Of a DNA stretch of 64,000 bases, positions 6,491 to 14,567 are shown in pieces. This stretch comes from a virus (taxonomy: Duplodnaviria > Caudoviricetes): IMG/VR virus record IMGVR_UViG_3300031857_000001; one strand, given 5' to 3'. The position numbers and the translations under genes were made by a program. How positions within the stretch are numbered: the first letter of the stretch is position 1; each line of letters starts with the position of its first letter. A model generated the notes under the pieces. It had not been told where the DNA came from. It ran no database searches and saw nothing but the letters and a program-made list of their open reading frames with translations.

Positions 6491-7492
6491 ATGAAAAATT
6501 TATTCCTAACTTTATTTACTTTATTATCGATTAATTTGTTTTCACAATGTGAGAATGACTCAATTAACCCCTATTTTGTTAACTTCGAGCCTGAGGTTAC
6601 AATTTCATGCGATGTTGACCTGAATGTTGTATTTCCTGTTGCTCTTGATGAGTGTGATGATAGTGTTGAGATTGCTTGGTATGAAGAAACTACAAATATT
6701 TATTGTGACAATTCATATGATTTGTTTAGAGTTTACAGAGCTTTTGATAATTTCGGTAATCAATCTGTTGAGTCTCAGATAATTCACGTAGTCGATGAAA
6801 CATCCCCATTATTTCAACCAACACCAACTAAAATTATAAGTTGTGATGAAGTACCGGTTTTTGACCAGCCCGTTGCAACCGATAATTGTGGTTTTATTGT
6901 AATAACTAATCAAGATATGGTTGATACTACGGATAGTTGTCAAATAACTTATACCAGACTATGGACCGCTTATGACCAGTGTGGAAATACCTCATACTCA
7001 TCTCAAACAATAATTTCAATTGATACAGTACCACCAGTCATTAATGGACCAATATATTTGGAAGTCAATGAAGGTAATAATATTGACACTTTATTTGTTA
7101 CAGTTACTGATAATTGTTCATCATTTAATGTAACTTATGTTGACACTGAAGTATCCTCACACAGTATTATAAGAGATTACACGGCGACTGATTATTGTGG
7201 AAATGAATCTACATTTGAGCAAATAATTCATATTAATCACGATGAAGAGGAAGAAGAAGGTGGTGGTGGAAACAACAGAGTCGCAATTTGTCACAATTTA
7301 GGCAACGGAGAATGGATTACAATTTATGTGGCACAACCTGCGGTCCAAGCTCACTTGAATCACGGAGACTATCTTGGTCCTTGTACCGAAATGGTAATAG
7401 ACTGGCAACAAATTCTCCCAAATAGCGATTTACAAATGAGAGTTATTAAGGGAAAAGATAATAAGTACAAAAAATTTGTGAGAGTTAGATAA
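6491..7492 (+). CDS. exported HYR-like repeat protein
   Basis: Signal peptide ending FS-Q; three repeats of pattern D.C...RxxxAxDxCGNxSxxxQxI; C-terminal AICH...AHLNHGDYLGPC motif. Confidence 0.7.
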   Translation: MKNLFLTLFTLLSINLFSQCENDSINPYFVNFEPEVTISCDVDLNVVFPVALDECDDSVEIAWYEETTNIYCDNSYDLFRVYRAFDNFGNQSVESQIIHVVDETSPLFQPTPTKIISCDEVPVFDQPVATDNCGFIVITNQDMVDTTDSCQITYTRLWTAYDQCGNTSYSSQTIISIDTVPPVINGPIYLEVNEGNNIDTLFVTVTDNCSSFNVTYVDTEVSSHSIIRDYTATDYCGNESTFEQIIHINHDEEEEEGGGGNNRVAICHNLGNGEWITIYVAQPAVQAHLNHGDYLGPCTEMVIDWQQILPNSDLQMRVIKGKDNKYKKFVRVR

Positions 7493-7510
7493 ATCACTTA
7501 TCTTTGTACC

Positions 7511-7963
7511 ATGAAAAGGATTTATTTGGATGATGTTCGTACACCTCTATCTAATGACTGGATTGTCGTTAGAAGTTATGATGAATTTGTTAATAAAGTA
7601 ACCGAGATTGGACTTGGTGAAATTGAAACTATTTCATTTGACCACGATTTGGGTGACACCGCCATGAATGAATATTTCACAAATGTTTCACCAAATTACA
7701 AATTGGATTATAATAATATAACCGAAAAAACAGGTTATGATTGTACCAAATGGATTGTTGATTATTTTTATGAAATGAATCCTGATAGGATTGAAATGAG
7801 TCGCTCAAAAAAAGGAAATACCAAAATTAAATTTCCTTTGGTCGTAGTTCACTCGGCAAATCCAATTGGTTCGGCGAATATTATGGGATATATTAATAAT
7901 TTTTTGATGAATGAAAATAAACCTCAAACTTGTATTAGGGTTAATATTGACCACACGGTTTAA
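7511..7963 (+). CDS. cyclic-phosphate-processing receiver-like domain protein
   Basis: IYLDDVR, ISFDHDLG, TGYD, VHSANPIG motifs; promoter 7499-7506. Confidence 0.75.
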   Translation: MKRIYLDDVRTPLSNDWIVVRSYDEFVNKVTEIGLGEIETISFDHDLGDTAMNEYFTNVSPNYKLDYNNITEKTGYDCTKWIVDYFYEMNPDRIEMSRSKKGNTKIKFPLVVVHSANPIGSANIMGYINNFLMNENKPQTCIRVNIDHTV

Positions 7964-7984
7964 TTAAACATTCGTATATTTGTA

Positions 7985-8016
7985 AAAAGTATGACTCTAT
8001 GTCATACTTTTTTTTT
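7985..8016. terminator. intrinsic terminator
   Basis: AAAAAGTATGAC-TCTAT-GTCATACTTTTT plus T run. Confidence 0.75.
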
Positions 8017-8062
8017 GTTTTTGATATTTATCTTAATATAATAACTGACTTAATAAAAACTG

Positions 8063-8398
8063 ATGATGGAGCAACACTTGGTTACAATTCTCGTTACACT
8101 AATAACGGTTTTAACTTCAAACGCGGCTTGGAAATATTATGAGAAAAGAATGTTGTTGAAGCAAAGGCAAGAAGAGAATCAACACAAAGATGGGGAACTT
8201 TATAGAGATGATTTAAGAGAAAGAATTGTTAAATTAGAAACATTACTTGACGAATCATCCAAAGAAAAAGATAAGATGAGAGAAAACATCATCGTATTAA
8301 CCACTTCACTCTCAAGATTAGAAGTCGAGGTGGATTTCTTAAGAAAAGAAAATGAAAAGTTGAGAGCAGAAAATCAACTTTTAAGAACTAGAGTATAA
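8063..8398 (+). CDS. single-TM coiled-coil protein
   Basis: N-terminal hydrophobic segment then heptad-rich region; late motif at 8023-8031. Confidence 0.7.
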   Translation: MMEQHLVTILVTLITVLTSNAAWKYYEKRMLLKQRQEENQHKDGELYRDDLRERIVKLETLLDESSKEKDKMRENIIVLTTSLSRLEVEVDFLRKENEKLRAENQLLRTRV

Positions 8399-9114
8399 TG
8401 ACAAATTTTTCTTACATAACAAATACCTCTAAAGGTAGAATAACATCCCCTTTTGGTAATAGGGTACATCCTACATTAGGTAAGGTCAAAAAACATTCAG
8501 GATTAGATATTGCTCACCCCACAGGAACTGAAGTACTAGCAATGACCGACGGAGTTGTCATTCAAAGTGAAATGGCAAATAACGCTTGCGGTGGTACCAT
8601 TGCAATAGACCACGGAATGGTTGATGGAAAAAAGCTTAAAACCAGATTTTGTCATAATAGTAAATTACTTAAAAAAGTAGGGGATAATGTTAAAAAGGGT
8701 GAGGTAATTGCGATTTCTGGAGGTGGTAAAAATGATGTTGGTAGAGGTCGTTCGACAGGCCCCCATATTCATTTTGAGGTATATGAAAACGGACAAACAG
8801 TAAATCCAAAACCATATTATGATGGCTCAAAATTAGGAGTGACACCCGATAGTGAAAATACGACTGATTCAGATACTACTAAAGTTTCAGGTAAAGAAGA
8901 TTTACCGACACCTGATGAGGATGACGAACAACAAATGAGTCCTGAGTTATCTAATGCTCTAAAAACTTTAACTCCGGACTCTAAAGGTCTTGATGTGTTT
9001 GGTGGAAAATTGGACCCTTTAATGAAAGGGTTTGAAAAGGCGTTTGGTCAATTTGGTATGAATTCTATCGTTAAAGAAGATGTTGATAGAATTAAAAATT
9101 TGATGAATCTGTAA
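8398..9114 (+). CDS. M23 family peptidoglycan endopeptidase
   Basis: ITSPFGNR, HSGLD (HxxxD), STGPHIHFEV (HxH) motifs; acidic linker; C-terminal EDVDRIKNLMNL. Confidence 0.9.
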   Translation: MTNFSYITNTSKGRITSPFGNRVHPTLGKVKKHSGLDIAHPTGTEVLAMTDGVVIQSEMANNACGGTIAIDHGMVDGKKLKTRFCHNSKLLKKVGDNVKKGEVIAISGGGKNDVGRGRSTGPHIHFEVYENGQTVNPKPYYDGSKLGVTPDSENTTDSDTTKVSGKEDLPTPDEDDEQQMSPELSNALKTLTPDSKGLDVFGGKLDPLMKGFEKAFGQFGMNSIVKEDVDRIKNLMNL

Positions 9115-9126
9115 TTTTTTTACGAT

Positions 9127-9398
9127 TTTGCTTGTTTGGTGAGTATTTATCCTTATCTTTGTAAAAGATTTGACACCTACAGGTGATGAAAGATACTCGG
9201 AAAGTTAAATCTAAAAAAAAACTACAAATAAATTTGGTGAAATGAAAAAGTCACCATATATTTGTAAAGGATTTGAGACGGACAACGATTAAGATACAAG
9301 TCTCGAATCTTAAAAAAAGTTTAAGAAAAATTGGAAGATTGAAAAATTTGACTTAAATTTGTAAAACAATTCGGGAATGACCGAAAAGTTCTTTGAAA
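9127..9398 (+). promoter_or_regulatory. three tandem host-type promoters plus boxA-like element
   Basis: TATCTTTG 9154, TATATTTG 9257, TAAATTTG 9354, each with upstream TTG/TTTG; GTTCTTTGAAA 9388-9398. Confidence 0.7.
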
Positions 9399-9404
9399 GA
9401 TTTT

Positions 9405-10190
9405 GGGCCGTGTATGGTCCTTTAAAATAAACTACGAAAGTAGGATAAAGTGGTCTCCCCCGTGTTAAGGAGACTGCGGCTTCAGAAATGGAGCTCGAGT
9501 ACACAAGTGGGATATCACAAGACCTTTAGTACCGAGGGTAACACTGTAGGGAAAGTGGAATTGTGACCTGGGAATGTGGATTCTCAAGTTGAGTTCGGAA
9601 GAACAATAAGAATAACCCATAGGAATCAAGTAAGAAATGTGGCTTCCAACTACAATATTGCGGATTCCAATACCGAAGGGGACTTAAAACCGAAAGGTAA
9701 GGTGGAGAACGAGTGGTGTCGCTACTACCCCTAAAGATGACCTACCAAGGTCTCTTTATGAAGTAATCTGAAAGTATGGAGATAGGGATATCTCACGGAG
9801 TAGTTTAGTATTCCGTCACCCAAAAGGAGGCGGAGCTTACGGTGGACCACTACTCTGACACATCCACGACACAAATCTTAAATTATGAACAATAATTAAA
9901 GGAAAAGTGTCCATCACGGTACAACGGAAGTTGCCCACATAGCTTAGAGATGTTCTGAGCATAGTGAGACCCCAAGTTGAACTATATTTTTACGAAAAAC
10001 CTCTAATCTCGCAAGGATTAATTGGGAAGGCATTCTCGAAGAGAGCTGAGTAGTAAGAGAGTAGTTGTATCGTCAAGGATTGATTGGCCTTACCAATTGG
10101 CAATGAGTAATACAAGACAAAATCTTGTGGATAAGAGTAGAAAAAATAATGACTCTAAAGGTACTCAATCAAAGCTGTAATCTCAGGCTT
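9405..10190 (+). ncRNA. giant ornate ncRNA, GOLLD-like (~790 nt)
   Basis: No long ORF, raised GC, many stems (GAGTAGT/ACTACTC, GGTGGAC/GTCCATC, GACAC/GTGTC, TAATC-TCGCAAG-GATTA); 3' hairpin AAGC-TGTAATCTCAG-GCTT whose CTCAG can pair with CTGAG at 10046-50; tRNA-rich phage context. Family call is from recall, not a covariance-model search. Confidence 0.65.
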
Positions 10191-10192
10191 AG

Positions 10193-10876
10193 TTAATTTA
10201 TCTTACAACCTTTTTTAAGGTTATCCTCCTTCCATAATGGCTGTAAATTTGTATAATGAGATAATTTATATATTTCAGTTTCATCTTTAGCCGAAGACAA
10301 GGGGATTATATGGTCAATATGCCACTCGTGTCTATTTGACCAACTCATACCCAATACAAACTGATTTTCTAAATGTTCCAATAGTTGTTGGGGAGAACAA
10401 CCTATAATTTCAAAAGTTTTACTATTTTTCTTATAACCTTTAGTTTTAAGAAAACTATTCATCCTATTCCTAAGATTTATTGATAGTCTAAAAATTACAT
10501 CTTGTTGATATTTTTCTTTTCTTTTATTGTAAAATAAAATTTTATTTTTTATCCTCCAAGGAATTGAAGGCTCTTTTTGTTCTACTAATACATTTTCTTT
10601 ATTTATTTTTAATTTTTCTCTATAACTTTTACTTCGTTCATTTTCTTTTTCCTTATTTTTTAGGTAATAAATTCTAAAATTTTCATTTAGTTCTTCTCTA
10701 TGTTTTTCTCTGTATTTTTTTGAATAACCATTAATAATCTCTTTGGATTTTAGTTTTTTTATTTTTTTGGAACATTCAGAGCACTCACTCCTGAAACCAT
10801 CTTTGGAGTATTTGTTTTTTTGGAACTCATTAGTATTTTTTTCAATACTACATTTACTGCAAATCTTTTTTGTCAT
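10193..10876 (-). CDS. HNH endonuclease with N-terminal CxxC-CxxC Zn motif
   Basis: CSKC...CSEC; C-terminal WHIDHIIPLSS...HYTNLQPLWKEDNLKKG; ATG at 10876 preferred over the track start 10900. Confidence 0.85.
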   Translation of the reverse strand: MTKKICSKCSIEKNTNEFQKNKYSKDGFRSECSECSKKIKKLKSKEIINGYSKKYREKHREELNENFRIYYLKNKEKENERSKSYREKLKINKENVLVEQKEPSIPWRIKNKILFYNKRKEKYQQDVIFRLSINLRNRMNSFLKTKGYKKNSKTFEIIGCSPQQLLEHLENQFVLGMSWSNRHEWHIDHIIPLSSAKDETEIYKLSHYTNLQPLWKEDNLKKGCKIN

Positions 10877-11009
10877 AATAATCCGATAATAATTTTTCAA
10901 TTAATTTTGACTTATTAATAATATCACCTTCTAATTTATTATTAATTTTTTGACTAAGAGTAATTGATATTTTAACTCTTTTTTTTGTTTCATCTAATCT
11001 TGGTCTCAT
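10854..11009 (-). CDS. ribbon-helix-helix DNA-binding protein (51 aa)
   Basis: Manual translation MRPRLDETKKRVKISITLSQKINNKLEGDIINKSKLIEKLLSDYYDKKDLQ; alternating beta strand then two helices; late motif at 11014-11020. Confidence 0.6.
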   Translation of the reverse strand: MRPRLDETKKRVKISITLSQKINNKLEGDIINKSKLIEKLLSDYYDKKDLQ

Positions 11010-11123
11010 AATAATAAATATCCGTAAAAAAAGTAAAATACCGATTTTTTAAAAAAAAATTGACAAATGTGAATATTATTAGTATATTTGTGTTGTTATA
11101 TATTTAATTTATAACTAATACAT

Positions 11124-11196
11124 TGTGGAAGGGAGAAACAGATTCCTCGTCAGTCTCATAAGCTGAAGACATCCGGTGCAACTCCGGTTTCCGCAA
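11124..11196 (+). tRNA. tRNA-Met(CAU), atypical
   Basis: TGTGGAA/TTCCGCA, TCAGT-CT-CAT-AA-GCTGA, CCGG-TGCAACT-CCGG; promoter 11083-11090. Confidence 0.8.
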
Positions 11197-11307
11197 CTAA
11201 ATAGAAGTGGGTTTCACCTGTTGCAGGCAACATAAAGTAAGAATCACAACTTGACTGGTCGTAACCTTCCGTAGTGGTTAATGTGGACACTATGGACTAT
11301 TAAAAAT

Positions 11308-11332
11308 AAGGTGAGGAAACTCACCTTTTTTT
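11308..11332 (+). terminator. intrinsic terminator
   Basis: AAGGTGAG-GAAA-CTCACCTT plus T run. Confidence 0.85.
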
Positions 11333-11365
11333 ATTTTTTATATATTTATATAAAAAATTAATACA

Positions 11366-11725
11366 ATGAGAAAAATAGTAAGACTTACAGAATCAGATTT
11401 AGTAAGATTGGTTAAAAGGGTTATAAATGAACAGGATGGAAAAAGTGACCCTTTGGTAAATGATGTAGACCCAGTTAGTTATTTAAAAAATAAATTGGGT
11501 TATAGAGTTGAGGACACAAGAAATGCGAGCGGATTTACAACACTTTACAATGGTAATACCCCCGACACAAGTAAAAAAGTTATTTCAATATATCACCCTA
11601 TTGGTGCAAAAAATAATTATTATATATCAGTAAGAAAAAATGGAGTTGATAAAAAGTTTGATGGAGGTAGTTTAGGGTTTGGAAAAAACCTTTTTGATAA
11701 AGTTATAAATTACGTTAATATATAA
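11366..11725 (+). CDS. late protein with N-terminal RLTESDL leader
   Basis: MRKIVRLTESDLVRLVKRVINEQ; TATTTATA at 11343-11350. Confidence 0.75.
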   Translation: MRKIVRLTESDLVRLVKRVINEQDGKSDPLVNDVDPVSYLKNKLGYRVEDTRNASGFTTLYNGNTPDTSKKVISIYHPIGAKNNYYISVRKNGVDKKFDGGSLGFGKNLFDKVINYVNI

Positions 11726-11731
11726 AAAAAC

Positions 11732-11757
11732 AAAACCCCTCCGAAGAGGGGTTTTTT
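11732..11757. terminator. bidirectional terminator
   Basis: AAAACCCCTC-CGAA-GAGGGGTTTTTT between the convergent ORF and tmRNA. Confidence 0.85.
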
Positions 11758-11771
11758 AATTTAACAAAGTG

Positions 11772-12146
11772 TGGAGGTATGGGGAGTCGAACCCCTTCCT
11801 ACTCATCTTAACTACTAAGCCCTACATGTTTAGGTCAACATCGATTCTCAATGTTCCGAAATATTGGTTTTTGAGCTCTTAAAACCACAAACGAGTTTTG
11901 TTTCTTTTAGGGTAGAAACCACACCGCAACTACGACTTCTGTTCCAAGGTTGTGTGTCTGCCGACCCGTTTTGTAGGCTAATCCTAGATTAGGCTACTGA
12001 AATGTTCTCCTCAGTACGGATAAGACCAACTGCAGAGAGTTTGTTGATAACGTTGTCGTTTATCATGTGAACCAGTTTTACAAGGTTAGTTCAGCCTCGA
12101 CATGCTCCGAGTAATCAACCATGCTAGTCAATTCCAAGTTACCCCC
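11772..12146 (-). ncRNA. ssrA: tmRNA
   Basis: 5' GGGGGTA pairs with 3' TACCTCC including G3:U70; GGAATTGAC 5' motif; GGGGTTCGACTCCCC T arm; tag ORF 12057-11989 encodes DNVINKLSAVGLIRTEENISVA. Confidence 0.92.
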
Positions 12147-12220
12147 ATATTTCAAATAACGTGATACAAAGATATAAATAGTTTATCGGTATTCCAAGTA
12201 TTTATATAAAAAGTTTTTTA

Positions 12221-13285
12221 ATGGAACTATATAAATCGCTTTTACAATTTCGTGATTCAAATTTAAACCCTATATTTGTTAAAGAGGCCGATGATGATAG
12301 AATTGTAAAGGTTACAAGAGTAAATGAAAAAAATAGAGGAAAGTCTTTAGTTGAATTAAGATTCACTGAGGAAGAATATATGAATATATTCATAGATGAC
12401 AAAGACAATTACAATAATAATGCTTCAATAATCGCCGCTTGTGAAAGTAGATATTCAGGTAACTTATTTGTTGACACTTATTGGGGTGATGATGAGATGA
12501 GACAAGGGTACACACTTCATTATCTTAATGAAGAAAATTTAACTTTATTTAAAAATATTATAAAATTGGTTAACCCTCCACTTGCTTATTTTGAAATTGG
12601 TAATAATGAAGATGTTGGTGAATTTTTCTATCAGAATTTTAGTAATGAGGCTAGTGAAATTGGAGGTTATTATGCGGACTATTATGACGAAACGTTAAAG
12701 GCCGGTTGTTTAGAATATGTTAATAAAAAATTATGTGGTAAATTTGATAATTTTGGAATTATTGAAAAAGAGTGTAAAGAAGTATACCTTACAACTGTTA
12801 GTAGTTTAATTTATTTTTGGGACAAAACAAAAACTCCTCACGAGGATAGTTTGATTGACATGTTTAAGAATTTCGTTGGACAAAATAATTTAGAGTTTGA
12901 CGAAGATTTATATGAGGATTATTATGCATATTGGGGCAACGAGAATTGGGATGGAGATGGGTTCAATAGAGAGGTTAACAGAATTTTGGATAGGTTATAT
13001 AATAGGTTAGTTGAGAATACAGACCCTGAAGAACTTGAAAAAATGCAAAAATTTTATAAGTTATTGGACAAACTTAACTACGGAGCCGGTCAATGGTATA
13101 ATTTTCCAGCACAAAAAACTTTTGGAAAGAAAAACGAAAATAAAATATTCAAAATTGAAGGGTTTGAAGATGGAAAAATTAAAATATTACATAAACCTGA
13201 CAAAAACAATTTTTACGGTGTCGAAAAAAGGTATGTAGAGGTTGATGATTTCTATAACTTTTTGTATCACCCTGAATTATTTTAA
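12221..13285 (+). CDS. hypothetical acidic late protein
   Basis: 354-aa ORF; TATTTATA at 12199-12206; ends HPELF. Confidence 0.75.
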   Translation: MELYKSLLQFRDSNLNPIFVKEADDDRIVKVTRVNEKNRGKSLVELRFTEEEYMNIFIDDKDNYNNNASIIAACESRYSGNLFVDTYWGDDEMRQGYTLHYLNEENLTLFKNIIKLVNPPLAYFEIGNNEDVGEFFYQNFSNEASEIGGYYADYYDETLKAGCLEYVNKKLCGKFDNFGIIEKECKEVYLTTVSSLIYFWDKTKTPHEDSLIDMFKNFVGQNNLEFDEDLYEDYYAYWGNENWDGDGFNREVNRILDRLYNRLVENTDPEELEKMQKFYKLLDKLNYGAGQWYNFPAQKTFGKKNENKIFKIEGFEDGKIKILHKPDKNNFYGVEKRYVEVDDFYNFLYHPELF

Positions 13286-13327
13286 ATTAATTTTATTTAT
13301 TCACAAACTTGACCTATCTTTGTCAAT

Positions 13328-14155
13328 ATGCAAAGAGACCTAAATTTACTTAAATCTGTTTTATCCGTACCAACAAAAACTTATCAAGAAGATTTGATGA
13401 TTGAGTTTTTGATTGATTGGTTAACCAAAAATAACATTGAATATTCTGTTGATGAACATTGGAATGTTTATGCGACAAAGGGTGAAACTACAGATGATAA
13501 TTTTTATTATCCTTGTGTAGTTGCTCACACCGATACCGTACATGATATCGATGTTATTAATATTAGAGAAGAAGAACTGGAAAACTATCAAGGTGAAATA
13601 AAACCATCCCTGAAAGCTTATAACGATTTCGGTAGACCGACCGGTATTGGTGGTGATAATAAATGTGGTGTTTTTGCTTGTTTGGAATTATTAAAAGAAC
13701 TTGACCATTTAAAGGCTGTGTTTTTTGTTTCAGAAGAAACAGGATGTCACGGTTCAAGAAAGGCTGACCCAAATTTCTTTTCTGACGTTGGTTATGCGAT
13801 TCAATTTGACGCTCCGTTTAACTGGATGGTAACTGAGTTTTGTATGGGGGTTAAATTGTTTGAAAAATCAGAAGAATTCTTTAAAAAATGTGACAATGTA
13901 ATAAAAGAAACATTCCAAGGTAGACAAAAGTATGGGTCTCATCCTTATACCGACGTTTACGCACTAAAGAATAAGTTTGATTTCTCTTGTATAAACATTT
14001 CAATTGGATATTACAATTATCACACTGAAGAAGAATACGTTGTGATTGAGGACACTTTCAATGGTGTTGATACAGGTAAAAAAATGATTGAGTCATTGGG
14101 TAATAAAAAATATTATTTGACCCCTCGTAAGGATTCTCAGTTTTTACTTTTCTAA
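13328..14155 (+). CDS. zinc metallopeptidase (M20/M28/M42 clan)
   Basis: VAHTDTVH, GGDNKCG, SEETGC, FD, YHTEEE motifs. Confidence 0.85.
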   Translation: MQRDLNLLKSVLSVPTKTYQEDLMIEFLIDWLTKNNIEYSVDEHWNVYATKGETTDDNFYYPCVVAHTDTVHDIDVINIREEELENYQGEIKPSLKAYNDFGRPTGIGGDNKCGVFACLELLKELDHLKAVFFVSEETGCHGSRKADPNFFSDVGYAIQFDAPFNWMVTEFCMGVKLFEKSEEFFKKCDNVIKETFQGRQKYGSHPYTDVYALKNKFDFSCINISIGYYNYHTEEEYVVIEDTFNGVDTGKKMIESLGNKKYYLTPRKDSQFLLF

Positions 14156-14177
14156 GATATTTATAAAAAAAAATATC

Positions 14178-14555
14178 ATGGGAAAAGTTATAAGATTGTC
14201 AGAATCCGATTTGGAAAAAATAGTACAAAAAGTAATTGAGGAACAAGAAACCCAAGAAGGTTTAGGTGACATATACCAAGGTTTAAAGGGTGTTTGGAGA
14301 GGAGAAGGTTATGATTATTTTAAATACTTAAGTTCTTTAAGAGGTATTACTCGTAAATTAAAAAAATTAGATGAACCTAATGTTAGAGTCATGGGCGATT
14401 TATATCAACTCAGGACTAAAGTGGATACATCTAAAATGCCAACGGATAAAAAAAGTAATTTACTTAATACTATCGACGCTGCTATGGACCACTTCAAATC
14501 TTATTCAACTCTGATTAATAAAATTGAACAACTATCAACACAAAAATTAGCATAA
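14178..14555 (+). CDS. late protein with N-terminal RLSESDL leader
   Basis: MGKVIRLSESDLEKIVQKVIEEQ; TATTTATA at 14158-14165. Confidence 0.75.
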   Translation: MGKVIRLSESDLEKIVQKVIEEQETQEGLGDIYQGLKGVWRGEGYDYFKYLSSLRGITRKLKKLDEPNVRVMGDLYQLRTKVDTSKMPTDKKSNLLNTIDAAMDHFKSYSTLINKIEQLSTQKLA

Positions 14556-14567
14556 AAAAAAGGGGAT

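Noticed and set aside
9310-9504. 64-aa minus-strand ORF
   Set aside because: Antisense to the promoter array and the 5' end of the giant RNA
1-14000. Host chromosomal or prophage-flank origin of the T9SS/HYR/MORN genes
   Set aside because: They are interleaved with phage late-motif genes, phage-type tRNAs and tagged proteins at uniform low GC; no integrase, att site or housekeeping synteny seen, though a chimeric assembly cannot be excluded without reads
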